NCBI GenBank assembly: GCA_046563655.1 | Contig: CM102287.1 | Span: 9,920,001 to 9,984,000 of the forward strand | Direction: 5' to 3' | Source of the DNA: Yuukianura sp. NJ FZ-2021 | Lineage: Eukaryota | DNA length: 64,000 bases | Part shown: one piece after another, positions 23,207 through 34,930 of the stretch | How the letters are laid out: each line of letters starts with the position of its first letter | Numbering within the stretch: the stretch's first letter is position 1 | Translations under genes and position numbers: made by a program | Notes under the pieces: model-generated | Told to the model about the DNA's origin: nothing | Database searches by the model: none | Seen by the model: the letters and a program-made list of their open reading frames with translations, nothing else

Positions 23207-24873
23207 ATGGAATCTGGAATAAAGATTTCCATTACTTTCTGGATACTGCTTTTTAGTGACCGGGTGACAGCGACGACAACGACATCAAATCGATCTGCTG
23301 ACGTGCCCCTTGACCCCAATGGATACGTTGCTTACTGTCCTTGTATGGGTAAGTCAAAATTTCAATTCTACGAATTCCAAAATCCAAATACTTTAACATG
23401 AAGCCTTCAGTAAAAAACGATTTTTAACGATTTTTTTAAAATCTTGATTTAGGTAGATTTGGTAATCAAGCGGACCAATTTCTTGGGGCGTTGGCTTTTG
23501 CTAAGAAGGTCAATCGAACGCTGATACTGCCACCATGGGTTGAATATATTCCGTACAAAGCTGGCTCGGTAAGATTCAGTACTTCCTTTGCTAAACATAA
23601 TTTTTGTTTCGATGTCAGAAGCTAATTTTTTTGTAAAATGTTTAACTTCAAACTTATTTTTCAGCTCCAAATTCCATTTGACACGTACTTTGTACCGGAA
23701 GCTGTGGAGAAATTCCACAGGGCAATCACAATGGAACGATTCATGCAGCAGTTGGCACCCAAGATCTGGCCACCGGAAAAACGAATCTGTAAGATTAGTT
23801 GCGTTTCAAGACAATCCAGAATTTTAAATGTTTTTCTTTTATGTCCACAGCATTTTGCTATGCTGAGAGAGCGAAAGGAAAAGGATGTGATGCCAAAGAT
23901 GGCAATCCATTTGGACCATTTTGGGACAATTTTAACGTAAGATTCTCAATTTTTTAGATTTTGTGCAATTCTTGACTAACTTTTAACGAAAACAGATTGA
24001 CTTTGTGGGTTCTGAGCTGTTTGGACCGGATCTGCATTACACAACGTGGATCAACGGAGCAAGCTGGGCAAAGTATGACGGAAGTAGTTGGCCAGGTAAG
24101 GTCACATTTCATATCCAGACTTCAGCTATTAAATCTAGAGTTAGTCCAAGTTAATTAAATGTTACGATTGATTGATTGATTTGATTTTACCAGTGTTGGC
24201 ATTTGTCGGACCTCCAAGTTTGTTTCCAGTAGAAGAAGGCAACGTTCACCTACAAGAATTTTTAGTCTGGAACGACGTAATTGAAACCAAAGCTAACGAT
24301 TTCATCCGAACGTTACCGAAAGGACGATTTGTAGGAATTCATCTTCGAAACGGAGTGGATTGGGTAATCTCTTAGCGATTTCTAGATAAAAAACTTGCCA
24401 CTGCCAGTGTACTGATCCAGTTTTTTCAAATTTTTCAGACACGAGCATGTGAACACCTCGAACTTGGAAGTTCTCTGTTCGCTTCTCCACAATGCACCGG
24501 ATATCACAACGAACATGGTCCCCTCACACACGAATCTTGCCTTCCCTCACTTCCAACGATCTTGAATCAGTTAAAAAGAGCTGTGAAGTCCATCAATGCA
24601 ACGTCGATATTCGTCGCCTCGGACAACAACCACCTCATTTCAGAAATCTCACGAACATTTAGTCCCGAAGGGATCACTGCTCACTCTCTACAGTATGCTT
24701 CCCCCCATGTGGATCTCGCCATTCTTGCAAAATCCAATCTCTTCATTGGAAACTGTGTCAGTAGCTTCTCGGCTTTCGTCAAGAGAGACAGAGACATCAA
24801 GGGATTTCCATCCCAATTCTGGGGCTTCGAACCAAAACAAAAATCAAGTATCCCGGATCATCAAGAGCTCTGA
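23207..24873 (+). CDS. POFUT1: GDP-fucose protein O-fucosyltransferase 1
   Basis: Signal peptide; [98 protein letters not shown]-terminal ER-retention-like HQEL*. Confidence 0.96.
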
Positions 24874-25135
24874 TATCGAAGATAATATCGGAGGGTAATG
24901 ATATCGAAGATACTGATATGGAAAGATCGAAGAAGCTCTAAAAGTATTTCAACTTCCTTCAACTCTGTACTCTGTACGACAAAATACTTAACGAATCTCT
25001 CACTTGAGACAGTATATTTTAAGCTTTAGATCTCAAGAAACTTATGTTGTAATTGTTATATGAAATGAATTTAAATAAATTAACTGAATTAACTTAACTA
25101 ATTATTGGTTACAATACGCTGTATTTACGTTTAGT

Positions 25136-25427
25136 TCATTTGGCCAGGGCAAGTAACGTTTGGAGTCCAGTGTCGGGCCACTTTTGTTCCGGTTGTTTCG
25201 TAGTGAGTGCCGGAACTTGTTCTGAGTCTGGTTCCGGTAAATCAGTTACCGGAAGATCCGCCTAGAAAGGAGATTAATGAACAACAATAACATGAATTAA
25301 TTAATACGTTCGATTAATTGATTGACTTTAAGCAGAAACCCACCTCTCCGGGCGGTAACATGTCACCTCTCCATCGGTTATCGATGATATTCCCTCGATA
25401 CCAATCCAGCTTAATTTGCGAATCCAT
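25136..25427 (-). CDS. ANAPC13: Anaphase-promoting complex subunit 13
   Basis: Exons 25427-25344 and 25261-25136: MDSQIKLDWYRGNIIDNRWRGDMLPPGE|ADLPVTDLPEPDSEQVPALTTKQPEQKWPDTGLQTLLALAK*, matching the APC13 pattern MDS...IDxxWRxDxLP...LPEP...ExKWxDxxLQ. Missed by the ORF track. Confidence 0.85.
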
Positions 25428-25813
25428 TTTCTCAGAAGACTGTTATGTAATCGATTAATTAATTAAGTACACGTTAGATTATCTAATTCTAAGGCTTTAG
25501 ATAAAACTGGGATATAACGGTAAACGTTAACTAAATTCTTATCTCCGCATCAGCTGATTTACAAAAGTTAAAGATAAGAATAAAAACAAGTGGGAAAATA
25601 ACAGTGGTTTTTCGTAGTATCTTGAGGAATTTGAAAAACGAAGGCGGTTTTTCGCCACGTGCAATTTTTTAGCAATTGACAGCTGAAAATTCAATATTTT
25701 TAATTAACTTTATAAGTAATTCAGCGTTGCGAAAATTAAATTTTGGTAATTCAATTATTAGTAAATTGGAACTGGAGCTTAATACGTAAACAGCTAATTA
25801 AGAAGTAAGAACT

Positions 25814-25823
25814 AGCCAATCAG
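25814..25823. promoter_or_regulatory. CCAAT box in the ANAPC13/THADA divergent promoter
   Basis: AGCCAATCAG about 90 bp upstream of the THADA ATG; same 10-mer as at 22945. Confidence 0.5.
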
Positions 25824-25911
25824 AGATCAGCTGTTCTGGTTTTGCCTACTGCTGCTGCCGGTGCTGGTCTCATAAAGTATTTTCGTCTAGCATTTCTAGC
25901 AAACAATCGCA

Positions 25912-28900
25912 ATGCCGTCGACCAGAACGATTAAATTTGAGTATTCTGCAGCATTACCAATGTCACAGTTGGATTCATCTCAGCCACTATTTAACGAAGG
26001 AGCATTCAAATCTAGGTGAGAAGGTCAAAAGGTCAAATTAGTTAACACAATACACAACTACGTCGGACGTACGAACAGCGAGCTTCGCCAACCTGTCGCA
26101 ATTTTAACATTTTGGGTACAATTTGATGAACAAATTTGTATTCGGTTGTTTTGTTTTACAGACTAAAAAAACTGGAGCCATCTTCAACTGAAGAATGCAC
26201 CGACCTCCGTCACTTCATAACATCCGAACTTAGGTCGACGCTGACAGCGACCACACCAAGGACATTAGTCAGCGTCAACAACAGCGTTGCCATGTTCAAA
26301 ATCGCTTTTGACTTTCACATTCCAAAAACCAAGACGCTGATCGCTGCCGATGGAGATTCTCACTCGGATCCATTCTTTGCCCTTATTCTGGAACCGATTC
26401 TACCCGAAATCGTTTCGTTCTGGACCAATCATGTCCTGTCCTATTGTCACCTCGGTGCTCAACAACTAGTTGACATAGTAGCTGATTCCCAAGCAACTTC
26501 CAGTCATCAGCTGATCTGTCTCATCCACAGAGCACTAAGAACTTTGCTGTGGCTGCTCAAGCGGATGCTGGATACTGGCAATACTTTCCTTCCTTTGAAG
26601 CATCAGCTGACTCATCTACAAACATCTTTCGTAGGACTCATGAATTTAGCACATCTAGAACTTCCGCTAGACGTCAAGTGTAACTTAGCACTCGGAATTT
26701 GCTACATTTTTAAAATAGTCGACAATCACCGTGTTCCAGATTTACTGAAAACAGCATTTTCAGCAGCATCTTTTGTGGGTGACTCGCCAGTGAACCAACT
26801 TGCATTTGCCTTTGGAATTCTCAGCATTTCTTCTACCGATCCTGCCCAAGATGTCACTTTCGAAACCAGGATGGTCCAAATTGCTCAATTTCTGTTTACA
26901 ATTGACCATGGGTGAGACATTTCTGAAAATTTTAGAAATTCACGCTGAAATTTTCAAATTTTGAAATTAATTTTTTTGCCTTACTTTTATGTAGGTCCAA
27001 AGAAGCTCTGAATCTTGGTACTGGAAGAGTACTGGAACTGTGGATGGAGAAACTAGTTCAAAGCGAAACCGTTCCGACTAAATCTCTGAAAAATCTGTTT
27101 CCAGACATTGAATTCTTCATTTTCAGTTACCTTCCAGGCCACATTGATGCTGTCAAATGCTGTTGTCGGAATATTCTCAAAGGGCTGACGAAAATCTACG
27201 ACCGGATGGAATCTGCCGATGGATCGCCCCAGATCCGGCCTCTTCTGGAACGAATTTTGGTCAAACCGGAACATGTGAAGTGGATTTCCGTGTGGTGTGT
27301 GGCTATAACTACCCGGAAATCGCTGGAACTCCTGAAAATCAACGCCAAAACGCCTCAGGCTCTACTAAGAAGTCAGAGAACCATGAAGAATCCAGTAAGA
27401 CATTTTCAAAAATTTAGGAATTTTCGAAATTTTTGATTTTTTTTTGAAATTCCAGGCCAGTGATGTTTACTTGACACTGATGGAACACCATCTTCCAGAA
27501 GTAAGTGCAGAAGACTTCGGAGTGACCTGGATCGCCCCTCTTTTTAACACCCAACTTCAGTTGAGTCCAAACGAAACGAATTGGCCTCAAAAACGATCCA
27601 TCATTCGCTCAATCCTAAAAGCGGGAAATTCAAAAATCATTCAACTCGTCATGGATTTTGTAATTCGAAAAATGAAACTTGCAGCGACAGAATCCATTTG
27701 TACCGAATCCACTCTTCTGGCAGTCGAAGCAATCAAATTAGCCACGGAACTTAAAATTGATCTGCCTTTGGCAGTCAACGATGCTGACCAAGATGCTGAT
27801 GCTGCCAAGTATTTTCGTGGACTCGTTCCGCGTGAAGTTCTACACACATGGGCTACCAGCAGCAGAATGCAAATCCGACTCGCCTGTTTCAGTTTACTAA
27901 TCGAAACGAAACGAACAACTGAGGTCATTTCGGCTCCAGATTTCGAATCGATCAAAATTTTACTCAAGTATAACATTGTCAGTCAAAATCCTGCTTTTCG
28001 TCAACAGTTTTTCTCGTATTATAAGAGGGTAAGTTGAAATCAAAATTTTGAAAAACTTTCAAAATTTTAAAAGTTTTTTTTTTTGACTAGCTCGTGAGAA
28101 GACTGCGAGACAGCGTAACTGTACTGCAAAGGACCAAAGATTTGCAGAATTTGGAAAATTACGAAAACTTCTTCCGTTGGCTCTGGAATTTTTTGACAAA
28201 AGATGAAGGAATGTTCCCTGGAGCCAATTTCGGACGACGCTGCCAATCGCTGGAATTCATTTCAGAACTGCTGGAGAAATTTGAGCTGGAAACGCTGAAA
28301 ATTCAGCGTCCTTCAAACGAAGATGTTTCTTACCTACGCTGGATTTTCGACACTTACGAGTACAACAAGAAACTGATGTTTCCAATTCTACTAAAACTTT
28401 ACCAAAATCCGTTAGAGGTAGGCAAAAATTTCAAAAGTTCTAAATTTTTAAGAAACTATTAAAAAAAAGTTATCCAAACTTTTTTTTATCTTAGGATAAA
28501 GATCTTGGGATAAGGATACTGGAAACAGCGTTTCGTCTCTGCGAAAGCGTTCATCCACCGGACACAGTCACTGGAAGATACTTGGCTCTTTTCTTGATTC
28601 AACATCGATCCCACGGTGCACCGTGGATAACCGCTGCCAAAATGCTGGAAACCGTTTTGACTCGACTAGTTTCCATCAAAAATGATATTGTGGAAACTTC
28701 TTTGATTGAAGTTGCTTCCAGAACTCAGATGTACGGCTATCTACGATTGATTCGATCGCTGTTTACCGAAGATTCTTCCATCAGTTCCTGTCAAAATATG
28801 GAACCTTATCGACCAATCGCTGTTGAACTTCTTAAATTGTGTTTGGAGATCAACGAACTACTGCTTCCAGTGCTAGGCGACGCTGCTCCAGAGGGGTTCT

Positions 28901-31900
28901 TGCCTGGTAAGTTTCGACTTTCAATGTGGATCCAGGTTTTGAACAATTTTGAATTCGTGCGATTTCATGTGAAATTTAAGAATCGAAGCATTTGAAGTTG
29001 AGATTACACGGATTTTTCACTTTTTCAAGAATTTCAAGAAACACGAATTTTTCACTTTTTCAAGAACTTTAAACAACTCTGAAAATTTTTTTCCGAAGAG
29101 CTACTGCCGCCTCGGGCTTACACCAAAATGTTGCCACGAATGGTGGGATCACGTTTTGGTGGGTTTCATTGGGGCGTTCATGTGAAATTCAAAAACAGGA
29201 CCATTTGAAGTTGAAATTAACATGAATTTTTTAAAAAATTAAAAATCTAACTTCGCAAATTTTTTTCTTAGGTCTTCCTGACTCTGACCCTCGAAATTCG
29301 CGCGTCGTGCGTTCAATCAACGCCCAGCGTCTTTTGGTGTGTTCGTGGCGTTCAATGCGTGACATTTGCATGCTGCTGACTGAAATGCTGGAAGTATTTC
29401 CAACACAAGGAGAGCGGGATCAGTTCGTTTTTAATGTTGAAGAAGTGGAGATGATCGGAGATCACTTGCTCTTTCTCCTCAAGAACGTCATGCACCGTGG
29501 CGTTTTTGAACAAGTTTTTACTGGATTCAAGCACTTGGCGTACCGTCTGTTCAAATCCACTTGTGGCAAATTGAATGCTCTGCCGCTGAAATGGTTGAAT
29601 GACGCCTTTGATCAAGAACTAATTAGCACCAAGTGCTTTACTCGCAGGAGTGCTGGTCTCCCATTCATTTTTAAAGTAACCAAAACTTCAAAATTTCAAA
29701 AGAATTTCAAAATTTTGGTTTTTGAGTAAAATTTTTCAATTTTTGTTTGAATTTTAGGCTCTCTTGTCTCCAATGCGTCTGAACGAACCGTTCATAGCAA
29801 AACACGTTGATAAAATTTTTGAAACTTATGAAAATGCAGCGATTTCCAGCGATTCCAGTTACGTTCGGATTCACTGTACAAATGTGCTGCGTGGGTTGTT
29901 CAAAGACGCTGATTTTTCGCGTGTGATGATGCCATATGTACCTAAAGGACTCAAATTAGTTTTTGATCAATTGAAATCTCACAACTGGAATGTAAGTAAA
30001 ATGTTAGATTTTTGAACTTTTTGGAATTTTTTGGAAAAAACTATGATTTTGTCATTTGCTGTTTCTTTTTAGGAATGCAATGCTGGGCTAATGTTATATG
30101 GATCGATTATTCGAAGAACATTTGGACCTGAATTGAACCTAATGACGGCTCCAACGTTCTTTAGAAGATTTCCAGAAATGTATGAATTTCTACTGGAACT
30201 GGTCCGGAGTTGCGCAGAAGCGGTGACCTTTGACCTCAAACTGCAGCAAAAACAGTATCGACCGGCAGATGACTTTACTTATCAAGTTTTACTTTTGTTG
30301 TCAGCGTTTGCTGTGACTGGAGTCGTGGAATATGGACCGCTGAAGGTAAAAAGTGTGACATTATACCTGGAAAATTTCGAAATTTTGTAAAATTTCAATT
30401 TTTTTTGTTGCTTTTTTGGTAAATTTTTAGATTTCTGAATTCGTTGAACCAATTCGAACTTGTGCTGCCAGTGCGGACTACCAAGTGAGAGAAATGGCAG
30501 CGAAAGCACTGAAACCATTTTTGATTCAAAACAGTTCCAAAGTGGATCTCATTTTGAAAATTTTGGAAGAATATGCTGGACGCCATTTTAAAAAAAGCTC
30601 GAACGCTATTCATGGAGATTTTCTACAAGTGAGTTTGTTCTGCGGTTTCGAACGTCTTTTCGAATTTTGTTAAAATTTTCAATTTTTCAAAATTTTATTT
30701 TTTCCAGATTTTACAAATTTTGAAAAGTCTGCCCCAAGAAGAACCGAAACAAAAAATAATTGATGCTTTTCGATCCACTTTTACAATCCAAAGTCCGTTG
30801 TGGGAATGCGTATGTCCGACGGTATACGAATCTTTAGCTGAGATTTGTCTCTACTTTGGACCAACTTTGAAATCCGTCCACACCAATCTTCAACATTTTT
30901 ATGCCGTGACCTTTGACCTTGACCTCTCCGTGACCTTTGACCTCAAGGTCAGTCGCTGCTCATTCCCAGGCCTGGCAAATGCTGATGATGTTCTCGCTCA
31001 AGCAGAAGTTGAATTTACTCTGCACGAATCTAATGCTGAAGAAGTGATTTATGATTGGGTGAATTCCAGACCGTGGGAATTTTTAGTCCAACTGTTCAGT
31101 GTTCTCTGTTCAAAAAAATACTTGGACAGCTCAAATCCAGAAGTACTGGTGATATTTGATGCTGCCGTGAGAAGATACTTGCAAGAACAGTTTCAGTATC
31201 CAGCACAAATGGTTGCGGAGGAAGCAGTGTTGGAGTTTTTGGCCAGGGGAGATTCAAATATCTACGAAGTTTGGAGTCAAGTGAAAATCGCTGAAAATTC
31301 AGCGATTACGAAGCATTTGCTGCAAAAAGTTTTGGAAATTTGTCAATCTGAGGTTGGCACGATGGAATGCAAAGCTCGAGCGCTGATTGTGCTTGGGAAA
31401 TTGTCGTTCCAGACAAACCAAACGCTGCTTACTTCAGTAAGACTAAAAAATTTTGATGTTGTTGGTTGTGGATGAGCTTTAAATTGTAACTTTCAAAATT
31501 TGTGATTTTTAAAATTTAGAATTTTTTTTGAAATTTAGACCGAAACGGGAGCCTTGTGTGAAATTTTGAGTACTTTGTGTGACTCCAGTTATGACTTGGA
31601 TCTGAGACTGGGTGTAGCAAAATCGCTTCCGTCGCTGCCGTTTACCCAAATTCAAAATTTTACCGGTACGAAAATACTTTTTTATGAAAAAAGTTGGGAG
31701 TTCCATCTTATCTGTGTGTTAATTTTGAAATTTGACTTTAGTTTTGGAACAATCTAAAATTTGGTATGCCGTTTTGACGCTGATGCTGGATGACGAAGGA
31801 GCAGTACGAAATGAAATCAATGCGAAACTGGGAGAAGACGATTCAGAATTTTCTGAAAGTTTAGAACCTTCTGAAGGCGGCAAAAGTCGATTTTGTGAGA

Positions 31901-32451
31901 GAAAATCTTGCGAATTGATCGTACGCCAATTTCTGACCGATTTTGGTACAAATCACACCGTGGATGCTCTCGTTCTCATTGTTGGCCTCACTCTACGAGA
32001 TGACTATGAAGTACAAGTTACTGGACCTGATGATGTAAGTTTTAAAAAAAAAGTTTTCAAAATTTTGAATTTCAAAATTTTGGTAATTTTGACTTTGCAG
32101 TGTGACGAAGAACATCTTTTCGAAAAAAGCGAAATGAACGCCTATGCTGAACCACTTTTGCTGGCCAAAGTCCTGCATCACGAACTCCAATCGCTTCCAG
32201 CGCTTCAAGCATCTTTCCAGCGTCATTTCCAAACCACAATACTAAACGCTGACCAAGTGAAACTGTTCCGGTTTGCATCCAATTCCGTTTCAGACAATTC
32301 CGAGGAATCGCTAACCCTCTGTGATCTGGCTTCTTCCAGTGTTTCAGTGGAAGAAGGGCCCCCCTTTTCCTCTGAATTCGGGAATTTGTGTGACAGAAGC
32401 CAAGTGCAGTCCCATATTTTAGAATTCCTTTGTTCCTTTCTGGAGTGTTAA
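25912..32451 (+). CDS. THADA: THADA / Trm732 homologue (DUF2428, HEAT-like)
   Basis: Multi-exon; motifs MFPGANFGRR, LLVCSWRSMRDI, MHRGVFEQ, FTRRSAGLPF, IHCTNVLRGLFKD, FFRRFPEMYEFLL, VREMAAKAL, NAIHGDFLQ, LFEKSEMNAYAEP. Confidence 0.9.
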
Positions 32452-32619
32452 GAGGTCAATTAAGAGTAATTGTCACTTAAGCGCCTGTCACAACCATTTC
32501 AGTCAGCAGTTGTGCAAAGTATTAAAAGTCTCCAGGGAAAGAGAAAGGGAGAATTTTAATTTTGGATTCTCTAACTAACTTTGAAAGAAGGAAATAATCG
32601 TAAACAGAAAAAAGAGGGG

Positions 32620-32685
32620 GGAAGGGGAATCGAACCCGCGGAAACTAAAAACTCAATGGCCTCGGAGTGTACTGAATGAGCAAAA
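32620..32685 (-). other. Degenerate tRNA-like (Pol III B-box) element
   Basis: Reverse strand ...GCGGGTTCGATTCCCC; weak A box; no clean cloverleaf. Confidence 0.3.
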
Positions 32686-32809
32686 AACGGAGAAAAGTCA
32701 AAGAATGGAAATAAACGGAACAAAAAGTTAATTAAAGAATTTTCTGGAGGGGTCATAATTTTTGGGTTGGTGTTTTTCGTAAAATAACTCCATTCCAACT
32801 TCTCTCCTC

Positions 32810-33345
32810 TCATATAGTTACTCCCTCCACTTTTCCCGCTCTTTTTCTCTTTCATAGTTGCTCCTCTCTCACCTCTCTCATTTTTCTCATAGTTACTCCC
32901 TCCACTTTTGAAATTTCTCATAGTTACTCCCTCCACTTTTCCCGCTCTTTTTCTCTTTCATAGTTACTCCCTCCACTTTTGATTTTTCTCATAGTTACTC
33001 CCTCCACTCTTTTCAGCCTACTAGTTACTCCCTCTACCCAGTGTTGCCGGATGGATAAAATATTTCTTCCACCTACATCAAGTTAGGTGGAAGTATCCAT
33101 TTATATCCAGCCATTTCTTCCGGATAAAACCGGATGAAATATACTGGATATCCAGTGGACGAAATGTCAAAAAAGTGGATATCCAGCAACACTTCCTCTA
33201 CTCAATCCAACCTTTCTCATAGTTACTCCCTGCACCTCTCTTATTTCTCTCATAGTTACTCCCTCTGTCTCAGTTTTTCCCGCTCTTTTCTGTCTCCCGT
33301 CGTTACTCCCGCTCTTTTCTCGGTCTGATAGTTACTCCCTCCACT
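32810..33345 (+). repeat. Array of CATAGTTACTCCCTCCACT-based degenerate repeats (~10 copies)
   Basis: Motif recurs at ~30-45-bp spacing; the reverse complement GGAGGGAGTAACTA also occurs x4 at 41498-41603 and at 57421, and the forward form at 62018. Confidence 0.85.
33039..33194. mobile_element. hAT-type MITE (156 bp)
   Basis: TIRs CAGTGTTGC...GCAACACT(T); 8-bp flanks CCTCTACC / CCTCTACT form a TSD with one mismatch; the element interrupts the repeat array. Confidence 0.75.
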
Positions 33346-34499
33346 TGGCATGGCTCATTCCACTGAAATGGGTGAAAGTAAAAGTCAGAAGTTAGTTGAT
33401 CGGGAATATTGGAGGGGCTATGACAAATGAGCACTTAGCGTCAACTCCATATTCGTCCTATTTTTTCATTTCCGTCAATAGGAGCCCATTGTTTCCAACC
33501 CATTTAACCATTATTACCAATATCTCTCTCCCCTCTTATTCATTTCCCTACTTTCCGAAAAACGTGTGTTTTCTCAAAATTTTGAAAATGCTTAGGAGAA
33601 AGCATTTTTTAGAAGAAAGCTGGGAGGAAGATGATGATGGAGGGGAAGCGATACATGGGGAGACCTTAACTGCAGGGACAGTGACAAAGTGCGACTCTAA
33701 ATATTCTTCTACCTCACAGATCCACTGAACTACTTTCTCCAGCTACTTTCTCCAGGAAAGTAAAAAACTAATGTAAAAAAGTCTAACCTAACGAAAAAAG
33801 TCAAGTCGAGAGTCAGTCAAGCAAAAACTAAAAAATTATGGAACTAAAAAGCTCCAGCCCAACCTTCTCTTGCCATTTTTCCTGCTTTAAAAAATTTCTA
33901 GACAGTTTCCGATTTAAAAAACTGGATTTTTTAGAAAAGGGCAACAAATTTATAACTCTACATTTTTTAATCAATATTGTCCTTTTTTTTATGTACAGAT
34001 CTATAAACAAGGTCAAAGGTCAATTTTTGCAAAATTTTGAAAAGCTGCAGAACAAACCTCCAGGCTTTGACATTAGCCTGAAGGATTAACTTTTTTTTAA
34101 ACTTTTTTTTTCTAAATTAAGCTTCCTTTTTAAGTTCTTTTTGAAGTTTTGGCATATAAAGACAAAGAAAATTCTAAAATTCTTTTTTTCGTTTTCATTT
34201 TTCCTCAAAAACTTTCCTTTTCATCTAAAAACTGCCTGACTTTTTAATTTTAAGCAAGTACGAAATTAAGGCACATTTTCTCTCTCATCTCCTCATAACA
34301 ATTTCTATGGTTTAAAAAAGTTGGGGAATGGACTTTTTAGGAAATCTTTAATCGGAGTTGCTAAAAACCGGAATGACCTTTGACCTTTTGCTCCAGAGGT
34401 CAATCGTGCATAAAAAGAAGTTGAGTTGGACGCATGCGTAGAATGGGAGGGAAAACGACCGTGTTGCGGATGGTTTCGTAAGGAGGGTTGTCGGTATCA

Positions 34500-34900
34500 C
34501 TCGGGAAATTTCGTGATTTCGTGATTCTGGACTTTCTGGATACTAAAAAACTCACGAATCACGTGAAGTCTATCAACGGGAAATCGTTTTCACTCGGGTA
34601 AAATCGTGATGCTTCGGGAAATCACTCATGTAAATCGTGATGCTTCGGGAAATCACTGATATCAGTTCGTGATGCGTCGGGAAATCACATGTGTAAATCG
34701 TGACGTTTCGCGAAATCACACATGTGATTCGTGATGTTTCGGGAAATCACTCATGTCAGCTCGTAATTCCTGGGAAAATCACTCTTAAATTCGAGATTCT
34801 TCTGGATTTTTGAAATTTGAATTCGTGATGCTTGGGAAAATCAGTTGAATTCGTGATTCCTAATGATTCTACTCGTTTAAATTCGTGATTCTTCGGGACT
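34500..34900. repeat. ~30-bp degenerate minisatellite (TCGTGATGCTTCGGGAAATCAC) just downstream of the LRR gene stop
   Basis: Units at ~34603, 34635, 34666, 34698, 34728 and others, each with an internal inverted GTGAT...ATCAC. Confidence 0.8.
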
Positions 34901-34930
34901 CCGACTTCCAGTGGAGCCCGCCTGGTCATA

